IMG/VR virus record: IMGVR_UViG_3300032177_000007 | Source: an uncultured virus (IMG/VR IMGVR_UViG_3300032177_000007) | Lineage: Duplodnaviria; Heunggongvirae; Uroviricota; Caudoviricetes | DNA: 20,000 nt | Strand: one strand, 5' to 3' | In this document: positions 1 to 9,015 of the stretch, piece after piece | How the letters are laid out: each line of letters begins with the position of its first letter | How positions within the stretch are numbered: position 1 is the stretch's first letter | Made by a program: the position numbers and the translations under genes | Notes under the pieces: generated by a model | What the model was told of the DNA's origin: nothing | The model's database searches: none | The model's input: the letters and a program-made list of their open reading frames with translations, nothing else

Positions 1-3000
1 GGAAGAGTTCTGGCTAACCAGGTAATTCCATCAGACGAAGTTGCTGCTGAATCACTATTCCGTGCTACTGCACAAAATACGGAACCATTCCAAACAACTG
101 AACTCCATGCTTTCGAACTTGGTAGATTGTAGTAAGTTACACTAGAGCGTAATTTAGATTTATCAATTGTTTTTAACCAATGCTCAACACGAGCAATTTG
201 CTTCCCATTTTTGTAGAGTAGTTCACTCTCAAGAAAATCACCTGAAACTGTTCCGGGTTGAAACTCAATATATGCAGCTTTAAGACTTCGTGGATCAGGA
301 AATGGTTCTGTGGTAGGATATGTGCCTACTGATACAATACCCGAAACACCAGATGTGTGACCAACAACGGTATCTCCCACATCAAAGTTTTGTGCACTGA
401 CACGCTCATAGAACTTTAATTTGAGTTCGTCTTCAAGAACATCTTCAAAGTACCCTCTCGCAACTTTGTCGCTGTTTAACCCGAAAGCTACAAAAATAGT
501 ACTATTGTAAGCCACTGCAGACCATTTAAAGAGTTCAGCCCCTCTAGTCCAAACGTCACCGTTATTCATCAGACACAAATCACCTAGATAAGGTGAATTT
601 ACTAACTTCTTCATTCCCTCATAATTAGGCCACCCTTGATCGAGCAGCGTTTCATCTGGATCTAAACCAGGCATCAAATCGAAAGGATGAACGACTTCTG
701 CAGGATAATTACTTAGATGTGATGTGACTTGTGCGACTGTCAATCCTATAGGAGCATCAGGAGAAACAGTTGATATTCCAGTCCATAAAAAATCTTTGAC
801 ATCATTATCAGGAGTCCATGATGTACCTTGAACATTAATTCCTAACTGCTTTAGCATTAATCCCTGAATAGAGGAAGTAGTAACCATAAAGTCACTGCTA
901 TCTCCATCAAAGACATCTGCAATATAGTAATCCCCTACAAATAAACGTTCCTTTGACTGAAAGTCAATATCGTTCAACTTATAGATTACTATATAATCAA
1001 GCCCTACTTCATAACCTACAACTTCCGCTTGCGCGCCTGACGTTTCACCTTCAATAATATCCCCTTGAAAGCATCTTCGGTGAATCTGCAAGTTATAGAT
1101 GAATAAAGATCCATAATTCTCCATTGTCTCTTCAGATAATAGGAACAATCCTTTCTGACGGGACCATGTTGCATTTTTCCAATTCCGTCTTTCATAATCA
1201 TCTTCGAATTGTACGACCTGACCTGATGGAGTAAAGCATATCTGACGCCCGAAACGTTTTGCACTAGCAATGTATACTCCATCGACCTCTAACCACTCTC
1301 CATCTTCGAAAATACCTTCAATGTTATTGATATTTAGATAGGCTCCTTTATTCATTTCGGTGGCGCTGGTAATGACTGCAAACTGTACACCATTAATATA
1401 CAAGTAAGCCGGAGGCTCTGAAGGCATCCAGTATGGAGGATCCTCTTCACTGAAAAATTGTAAGAGAGGGGTTGTATCCCATCCATGGAGTGTACCTGAA
1501 AGGTAAATGAAAGCGCCTCGTGCTCCTGCATTAACTATAGCTACATTATGATAATCAACGAGTGATGCAACATCACCTACATATGACCCTTCGATATGGA
1601 TTTCCTCATCAATTTCAAACTCGCCATGAATATCACCGAGATACAAAGATCCGCTTTTGTTAGCTTCATCAACACTATAATCAACGAGTGTAGCAAAAGC
1701 TAACGAGTCAATACCTCGAACAATTCCATCGATCTTGAAATTTGCACCAGACTGTAAATTATCAAAAGTGATAATCCCTTTATCTAAACTTAATGTCTCA
1801 CCATCATGGAAAAATCCTTTAGTATCATCTAAAATAAGTCTCCCAAAATGATACTGAGGCTTATATAAAACTCGGGCTTTCTTTACATCATCTATATAGA
1901 CTGCTTCGCCATGCTTGAAGTTCTGACTGAAGAACTGATTAGATTCAATAGCACATGCACGATCATCATCTGACATCAACCACTCGTTAGGTTCGAGTGT
2001 ATGATACTTTTTTGCCTCAGAAAGCAAGACTCGCCCGTAAGGAGTTTCTTTTGTCACTAACCCTCTTGTCTTAGCAACTACATAACCATCGACCGTCAAG
2101 AACTCACCATTCTGAAAAGTATCTGTAATATTTCTTAACAGAAGTAACCCATCACGAGGATGTGTAACAGCAACGCTCAATACACTCAAATTCGCAACTT
2201 GGCCTACACCTTGAACTTCATACAAAGGTCCAGACATGCCTCCAGAACAAGTTGCGAGAGTGTATGATGTACCCCAATGATCAGGAGACGCAGATGTTAA
2301 TAATTCATACAGACCAAACTTTGCATAGTTGTTATCACGATCTCTATATGTTCCTGAATAACTAACACTAGTCATACAGGAAAGCTCAAGGATCCGAGTC
2401 CAGCATTGAGGATCTATTTCTTTTACTAAAGCTGTCGCACCCGAATCAACTCCAATGATAGTTTTATTTACATCAAGATCACCAATGATACTGAAAGTAT
2501 TACAGGTTGCAATGATGACGTTATTAACTTTGAGATTCTCATTTTTAATGTAAATACCTGTATAGTTTGATACAACAAGAGTTCCTGTTCCACCACCATG
2601 ATCTTCAACATATTCTACTATCGATGTTTGATGAGAAGTTGCACCAGAAACAATATCACTGATATGAAAGACTTGACCAGGTTGTAAACTCTTGTAGTTG
2701 AGTTTGTTAACATAATCAACAATTAATGTATCCCATAAGGTACCATCTGCATTTGCGACGTGTTCATCATCCACAAGTAATTTTTCATTGTCTTGAAAAG
2801 TTCCCTCTACATCGATAAGGCGTAACTTCAAACTACTTTCATCAACATATAAAATAATGGCTTCAGCGTTAGAGGTAAAACCTCTAATGAGAGTGCCTAC
2901 ATTGAAAACCTTTCCGGCAAGTTTTTGATAATTCTTGAAGGATAAAAATTGCGCCCGTATAGAATCAGACACAGTGACTATCCCGCCTGAATATTCACCT

Positions 3001-6000
3001 TTTAAGGCCTCTCCATCAATACTCTCATTTAATAGACGACAATTAAATCCTCTCCCCAAGGAAACGTTACCTACAAGCAGGCCTCCAGAATCATTATTGA
3101 TAGGCGCTCCATTAACAATAGCAATATATCCGTGACTTGTATTGAGATGCTCATCATTTACAAAAGTACCAGAAGCGTTTTTGATATATAGTGATCCATA
3201 ACCATAAGTAGTTGAAATTATACCATCAGTGTCAGCCAAATATAAATCGTTTCCTACATGAAGGTGTTCATTATTCTGGAAAACTCCATCAATAGAAACT
3301 AACCACAACACACCTACGAGGCCAGTCCTTTCTACCTTTTGAATGAGAGCCTTTGCAGATGATGTATTACCTATGACATGTTCACCAGGATAAAACTCTC
3401 TAACACCTTGATAATTATCAAAAGAAAGAGCATTAACTGTTTGGTGCCCAATTACAGCCTGAACAGTACCTGTTACAGCAGTACTCATTCCAGTAACATG
3501 ATCATCAACATAAAAGCCTTTGTCAGGTTGAAGGTTATCATAATCCAATGTGACATAACTAAACTTATTTAATACTTTGCCTGAAGCACCTGAATATCTA
3601 CATTCTACCTGATCACCAATATCAAAGCTTGCTCCACCTTCCAAGTCAAAGAAGTGCAAATCACCAACTTCAGGTTCATGTTCAAGAACAGTTCCTCGAG
3701 CACCTGACTCTTCTCCAACAACATCGAATCCAACATCAAAGTCTTCACCAGCAATCAGATTCTTATAAGGCACTTCTACAACAGGGCCTAGTAATTCACC
3801 CTGCTGTTCAAGAATGAAATATCCACGATTTTCTTTAAAGTGATCTACAAACTGGCCTACAGGAAGTACAGGATCTTCAGTACCATATTTATCTACGACT
3901 TCAATTCCGTCACCTTCTTGGAAACCGTATTGAATACTTCCATTAACGTTCGCAATGTAAATACCATCAACATACAGATGTTCATCATCAAGGAACTCAA
4001 GATTTTCCCAAAGTACCCCATTAACATCTGCAATATATATTCCGTTTACCTGTAAGTGTTCATCATTTTGGAATGTACCCCATATACTAGACAAACCAAT
4101 AGAATCTGAAAAGATATGAGTAACAATAGCTCGTGCTTCTGAAGTTGCTCCTACAATCACATCACCTACTAGAAAATATTTTCCAGACTGCAGATGATCA
4201 TAAAACAATTGAGTTCTAGCGAAATCACTCAAGAATAAGACGTGCACATTTCCAGAATCGAAAACGTAAGAAACCTCAGCACGTGCCTTCGAACTGTTCC
4301 CTAGAACCCAATCATTTACATGGAAGCTTCTCCCAGTCTGAATATTATCAAAATTAATTCTACCAATCTCAGCAAGTTCATGATAGAATTGCCATCCTTC
4401 TCGCAAAGCTACATAATCACTAATATCAGTAATTACTGCACGTGTACCTGAAGACACCCCAGTAATTATATCTGCGACTTCAAACTCTTTACCTTTTTTA
4501 TTCTTGTATTTAACCAAACCGTAAACAGGATCCATGATTTCAGACGCACTAGGATATTTTGACTGCATCTGAGGACCGAGTTGACATACTGCACCTGTGA
4601 TAACGTCCTCAACTATAACGGTTCCTGAAAGAGCGCCACTTACTTGATCAACATATAGGCAAGCTTCAATATCCAAAGCTCGAAAGGTTCCTGGGGAAAC
4701 TTCAGCTGCAGGCGAACTTATTTCTGATGTAAGAATTCGTGCAGTTTCTGTGTTGCCAGTAATAATATCATATCTACGGAAAGGATTAACAACTTGAGGA
4801 CTCCACTGTTCACAATCACAAACATGCTCATTTACCTCTTGAAAGTTTTTTCTATAAAAAGTGAAGTCAGGAGCCCACTCATTTGTAAGAAAGATTGTTT
4901 CTAATTCGTCCCAATCAACACAATCGAAGTTGGCGAAATGATTTACCCTTCCCCGAAGCGGTTCATTTTCAATCATACCATTAATTTCTGTAATTGAGGC
5001 TTCATCACCAAACAGATAACCACATTTCTCAAACCCGGTGCGAGGATCCTCAAAGACCGCAGTTACCGTAAACGTTTTACCTGACGTATTCCCAATAACT
5101 ATGAAACCAATGAAGAAATTTCTGAGCGGCTGCAGATTATCATAATGCAAACATCCCTTTACACGCTTTATATTTCCACTTCCGTCTGTTCCATAAATGT
5201 CTAGTTTGTCAATCTTTTGATAAAAGAGTTTTCCAAAGACACCTTGCGTAACCTGATCAACATCCGCAAAGTACGTCTTCCATTCATCAATAACAAGTGG
5301 TTCACCTACAATGAAAGTACCTATTCTATCTGCTATGACTAAGCGACCTTCAGACCTATCACTAGCAACTCCTGTCGAAGTAGCAATTATTACTCCTGGA
5401 AGAGTATTTACTGATAACTCTTCTTCAACATCTTCCCAATCAAAATCACCTTCAATCTGAACTAGCTTGAGTACCCCAGTAGAACTTGATGTCTCATCAC
5501 AATCAATAATATATCCTCGACTCCCTGTATCACGCCCAACAACCCAATCACCTCTAGAAAACCCTTTCTTGTATATTCCATTCGATTCAGCAATAGTTAT
5601 ACCGCCAACCAATAACTTTTCATTGTTTTCAAATAATCCACTAACACTTCCAATCGTTAAAATTCCTGACACACTCACTTCCGTAATGTACATATCCAGA
5701 ACTGAAGCAGTCGCTCCTGAACTCTGACCTGTAATCGTATCGCTTGGAGAGAAAGACCTTCCCGACTCGAGATGATCATATTTGAGAGTACCCTTCTCTA
5801 AAAGATCTTTGTAACCTAATGTCTTACTATAAAACGTTTCGATTTCTCTGACCGATGCCTTTGCACCAGACCATTTACCTGTAATATGAAAATCTGAAGT
5901 CTGTGATAAAGATTGTCTACCATTCTTATAAGTCAAACGTTCACGTTTATCAATTCCAGAGAGTGTTACACTCTTCCCAGAAATATTTTCTATAAGAACA

Positions 6001-9000
6001 TCGCCTGGAGACAATGCATTAACGAGAGCAGGAACACCATTCTTAAATGGAATACGCAATGCACGAGCACATTGATTCACATATAGAAAAGCTGTTATTC
6101 CTGTTATTGTTCCATCGGCATCAGCAACGTATAATTCTGAAGGGCCACTTAATAATTTTTCGTCAGCAACATACCTTTCACTCTTCTTCGAGTTATAAGA
6201 TAACAATGTATCATAATCTAACTCAACAGTTAACTGTCCAGCATACCTATCAATTGAATCTTCTTTCTCGTAAGTCAGAGAAGCAGCAAAAAGTGTCGTT
6301 TCGCCCTTAACAGTTCCAGATTGCCAATCACGATACTGGAGAGTATCAAATCCTATTTCACCAGCAGTAGAGAAAACATAAACTTTCCAACTACTTCCAT
6401 CCTGAGATCGCAAATACTCTCGAGATCCTTCTGCGAATACTAAAAAGTACAAACTATCTTGATTGATCTGTCCAGGACACCAGCAAGCAATTGAGGACGC
6501 CCAATCTCGTTTGATTGGAACACTTACTCTCGAAAAGCTTTGGCCTTGATTAGTTGAGCGTACCGCAATACTACTATTTTTTGCGAGAGCAATAACTGTA
6601 TGATACTTTCCAATAATTGTTTGCCAAGTTATTGGGCCCCCAACCCAGTCTTCTGAAATACCATTAGCATTGGCTACGTGTTCTCCAGAGATGTACAATT
6701 GTTCATCATCTTGAAAAGATCCGGAAACACTACCAAGTGAAAGTATTCCGGATTTAAACATTAAAGTGCCATCAACATCTGCGAGATAAATACTCTTTAC
6801 TTCTAGGTGTTCATTATTTATGAAACTTCCGACAATCTTGTCTACAACTAATTTACCACTTGTAACAATTAACTTACCATTAACCTTAGCAATAAAATCA
6901 TTATCCACCAAAAGATGCTCATTATCCTGAAAAGATCCCAGAACAGTTTCTAAGGTGAGTTTTTTATTAGGAGCATCTACCAAAGTAATTTTTCCTGTTG
7001 TACCACTAGTTCCACCATAGACGATATCATCAACATTAAATGATTTGCCATCTTGTAAAGTGTCGTAAGAAAGGATTCCTGTATAATAATTCTCAACAAC
7101 ACGAGCGTGTGCATTTGACAAAACACCTTTTACTACATCACCTTTATAGAAGATGGATATAGGTAAGGTCTCTAAGTCCGCCTTACAGAACTCGAATCCG
7201 TCGTCATTACGAATGAGAGGTTCAATATCTTGAAATGTTCCCGCGATATCAATTAATGTAAGCCACCCAGTAGGCCCTAAAGGTTGAGATGAAGCAACCG
7301 CACCTACCGTACCTGACCATTTTCCTTTTACTGTATCACCTATTTTGAATGAACGAATAGCACTTGTAGTGCTATTTACATTTGCTACATATTCATTTGC
7401 CACCAATAAGATTTCATCATCCTCAAAGATTCCATGAATATCATCTACGTAAACTACTCCTATAGTCGCAGTAGCTCTAAAGGAATACTTGATAACTGCT
7501 GATGCGCCAGAAGTTTCTCCTACAAGGATCTGACCTGCATCAAACCCTTTATAAACATCACCTGTGACAGGCTGAGCATTATCATATTCCAATCTTGAAT
7601 ACAGCATATCTTTATAATACTGAACTGCTGCGACTGGAGCACCATCATAATTTAGTTCAGCTTGGTCGGGAACAACGTCTGCAACTATTGCAGTAATTCC
7701 TGAAGAATGACCTATAACAACATCATTAACTGCAAACGACTTACCTGTCTGCAAATTATTGTAGGCTAACGATTTTTCAGGTTGAACAATATTTAATGCC
7801 AAGAAAGACCAATTAATTCCATCTGATGTCTTTATAACATAACCTTCCTCAGATATCGCAAGAAAATAATTTTCTGTGTAACAGCAATCAATCCATTTTC
7901 CACTGATCGGAAGGGTTACTTGAACCCATTCTTTTCCGTCTTCTGAATAGACTGCAACATCACTATTATATGCTAAGGTACAGAAGGTTCCTTTGGAAAA
8001 GAAACCACGATAACTTGCTGATATTTTAACTGTGGCTTTATCAGCTGACCCTACTCGAAGAGTTTCATCTGACTGGAAATCTAAGTTAGGGATTCTATTT
8101 TTTACAATAAGAGACCCTGAATCAATATAATTTCCTTGAAGGGCGCCACTATCAATAGTAGCTATTGCTCCTGAAGTTACACCTGTAACCACATCGCCTT
8201 TTTGAAAAGGTTCTAACTGATTAATATAATCTAATGTGAAATGGGTAGGAATAAAGCCAATGACACGCCAATCAGCTTTTACTGGCAAGGGACGCTTTAC
8301 CCATCCTGCCTCACGATCAACATTATAAATCTTCTTAATGAGTACATAATCTACATTAGGGAGAATAATACAAAATGATTCACCATTTCCTGCAACAGAA
8401 TAAACACCCTCAAATGAACGCTTTCCACAATACCACCATGAATTGTCTTTTCTTTTTATATATGAATGGTCTTGACCCACAAAGAAATCTACCGCATCAG
8501 TTACAAACAAACCTTCATTGAATCCATCGTGCATAGGCAAAGGATTGCCATTATACGAAGGATTACCTAACTGACCTGTTTTCTCATTGACTTCTAATTC
8601 GCCATTATATTCCTGGTATTTTCCCCATGACCATACTTTACCTTGAACATCGAGAGCTAAACTATGATTGATACCTGCAACAGTACGAGACATTTCTGGG
8701 GCTTTGCGCTCTAATGTAAGATAATACCCTTCAACAAGATTACTGGGATCTACAATATGTTGCTCTAAGCCCCAGTGTTCTCCAACAGAAAAAATATCTG
8801 GACCTTTTAGTATAATAGGTGAACCTGTAGCGGGAATCTCATCAAGAGGAAAGTTTGTAGTACCACCAACAGCATCACGAATCTTCAAAACTTTTTCAGT
8901 GGTATTAATCCATTGGTCAACACCAGAATTAATATCTGGGTCAAACTCAAGCTCAGGAAGCTTGATAACCATCTCCTGAATATTTCTTAAAATCTTCTCT

Positions 9001-9008
9001 TCAGACAT
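1..9008 (-). CDS. Giant (>3000 aa, 3' end outside window) putative virion tail/baseplate/adhesin protein: N-terminal anchor, RCC1-like and Asp-box propeller blades, ~25 nested beta-module repeats
   Basis: ATG at 9008 (MSEEKILRNIQEMVIKLPELEFDP...) lies 7 nt after the upstream TGA. Hand translation in this frame reads to position 3 (...SSDGITWLARTL). The track reports no stop-terminated ORF in this frame, consistent with 3002 open codons. Motifs: AGINHSLALDVQGKVWSWG, SEDGKEW, TSDGINW, SQDGSSW, SSDGITW, and repeated YDNLQ-G-F-VGD-V-G-TSGA-A-V / G-FQDNE-L-V-G-IA-DG. Confidence 0.9.
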   Translation of the reverse strand, partial: MSEEKILRNIQEMVIKLPELEFDPDINSGVDQWINTTEKVLKIRDAVGGTTNFPLDEIPATGSPIILKGPDIFSVGEHWGLEQHIVDPSNLVEGYYLTLERKAPEMSRTVAGINHSLALDVQGKVWSWGKYQEYNGELEVNEKTGQLGNPSYNGNPLPMHDGFNEGLFVTDAVDFFVGQDHSYIKRKDNSWWYCGKRSFEGVYSVAGNGESFCIILPNVDYVLIKKIYNVDREAGWVKRPLPVKADWRVIGFIPTHFTLDYINQLEPFQKGDVVTGVTSGAIATIDSGALQGNYIDSGSLIVKNRIPNLDFQSDETLRVGSADKATVKISASYRGFFSKGTFCTLAYNSDVAVYSEDGKEWVQVTLPISGKWIDCCYTENYFLAISEEGYVIKTSDGINWSFLALNIVQPEKSLAYNNLQTGKSFAVNDVVIGHSSGITAIVADVVPDQAELNYDGAPVAAVQYYKDMLYSRLEYDNAQPVTGDVYKGFDAGQILVGETSGASAVIKYSFRATATIGVVYVDDIHGIFEDDEILLVANEYVANVNSTTSAIRSFKIGDTVKGKWSGTVGAVASSQPLGPTGWLTLIDIAGTFQDIEPLIRNDDGFEFCKADLETLPISIFYKGDVVKGVLSNAHARVVENYYTGILSYDTLQDGKSFNVDDIVYGGTSGTTGKITLVDAPNKKLTLETVLGSFQDNEHLLVDNDFIAKVNGKLIVTSGKLVVDKIVGSFINNEHLEVKSIYLADVDGTLMFKSGILSLGSVSGSFQDDEQLYISGEHVANANGISEDWVGGPITWQTIIGKYHTVIALAKNSSIAVRSTNQGQSFSRVSVPIKRDWASSIACWCPGQINQDSLYFLVFAEGSREYLRSQDGSSWKVYVFSTAGEIGFDTLQYRDWQSGTVKGETTLFAASLTYEKEDSIDRYAGQLTVELDYDTLLSYNSKKSERYVADEKLLSGPSELYVADADGTITGITAFLYVNQCARALRIPFKNGVPALVNALSPGDVLIENISGKSVTLSGIDKRERLTYKNGRQSLSQTSDFHITGKWSGAKASVREIETFYSKTLGYKDLLEKGTLKYDHLESGRSFSPSDTITGQSSGATASVLDMYITEVSVSGILTIGSVSGLFENNEKLLVGGITIAESNGIYKKGFSRGDWVVGRDTGSRGYIIDCDETSSSTGVLKLVQIEGDFDWEDVEEELSVNTLPGVIIATSTGVASDRSEGRLVIADRIGTFIVGEPLVIDEWKTYFADVDQVTQGVFGKLFYQKIDKLDIYGTDGSGNIKRVKGCLHYDNLQPLRNFFIGFIVIGNTSGKTFTVTAVFEDPRTGFEKCGYLFGDEASITEINGMIENEPLRGRVNHFANFDCVDWDELETIFLTNEWAPDFTFYRKNFQEVNEHVCDCEQWSPQVVNPFRRYDIITGNTETARILTSEISSPAAEVSPGTFRALDIEACLYVDQVSGALSGTVIVEDVITGAVCQLGPQMQSKYPSASEIMDPVYGLVKYKNKKGKEFEVADIITGVSSGTRAVITDISDYVALREGWQFYHELAEIGRINFDNIQTGRSFHVNDWVLGNSSKARAEVSYVFDSGNVHVLFLSDFARTQLFYDHLQSGKYFLVGDVIVGATSEARAIVTHIFSDSIGLSSIWGTFQNDEHLQVNGIYIADVNGVLWENLEFLDDEHLYVDGIYIANVNGSIQYGFQEGDGIEVVDKYGTEDPVLPVGQFVDHFKENRGYFILEQQGELLGPVVEVPYKNLIAGEDFDVGFDVVGEESGARGTVLEHEPEVGDLHFFDLEGGASFDIGDQVECRYSGASGKVLNKFSYVTLDYDNLQPDKGFYVDDHVTGMSTAVTGTVQAVIGHQTVNALSFDNYQGVREFYPGEHVIGNTSSAKALIQKVERTGLVGVLWLVSIDGVFQNNEHLHVGNDLYLADTDGIISTTYGYGSLYIKNASGTFVNDEHLNTSHGYIAIVNGAPINNDSGGLLVGNVSLGRGFNCRLLNESIDGEALKGEYSGGIVTVSDSIRAQFLSFKNYQKLAGKVFNVGTLIRGFTSNAEAIILYVDESSLKLRLIDVEGTFQDNEKLLVDDEHVANADGTLWDTLIVDYVNKLNYKSLQPGQVFHISDIVSGATSHQTSIVEYVEDHGGGTGTLVVSNYTGIYIKNENLKVNNVIIATCNTFSIIGDLDVNKTIIGVDSGATALVKEIDPQCWTRILELSCMTSVSYSGTYRDRDNNYAKFGLYELLTSASPDHWGTSYTLATCSGGMSGPLYEVQGVGQVANLSVLSVAVTHPRDGLLLLRNITDTFQNGEFLTVDGYVVAKTRGLVTKETPYGRVLLSEAKKYHTLEPNEWLMSDDDRACAIESNQFFSQNFKHGEAVYIDDVKKARVLYKPQYHFGRLILDDTKGFFHDGETLSLDKGIITFDNLQSGANFKIDGIVRGIDSLAFATLVDYSVDEANKSGSLYLGDIHGEFEIDEEIHIEGSYVGDVASLVDYHNVAIVNAGARGAFIYLSGTLHGWDTTPLLQFFSEEDPPYWMPSEPPAYLYINGVQFAVITSATEMNKGAYLNINNIEGIFEDGEWLEVDGVYIASAKRFGRQICFTPSGQVVQFEDDYERRNWKNATWSRQKGLFLLSEETMENYGSLFIYNLQIHRRCFQGDIIEGETSGAQAEVVGYEVGLDYIVIYKLNDIDFQSKERLFVGDYYIADVFDGDSSDFMVTTSSIQGLMLKQLGINVQGTSWTPDNDVKDFLWTGISTVSPDAPIGLTVAQVTSHLSNYPAEVVHPFDLMPGLDPDETLLDQGWPNYEGMKKLVNSPYLGDLCLMNNGDVWTRGAELFKWSAVAYNSTIFVAFGLNSDKVARGYFEDVLEDELKLKFYERVSAQNFDVGDTVVGHTSGVSGIVSVGTYPTTEPFPDPRSLKAAYIEFQPGTVSGDFLESELLYKNGKQIARVEHWLKTIDKSKLRSSVTYYNLPSSKAWSSVVWNGSVFCAVARNSDSAATSSDGITWLARTL

Positions 9009-9015
9009 CGCTTAC

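Noticed and set aside
1016..6310. Short track ORFs (1016-1282 minus; 2935-6310 plus)
   Set aside because: Alternate-frame or antisense shadows of the giant gene, with no recognisable motifs.
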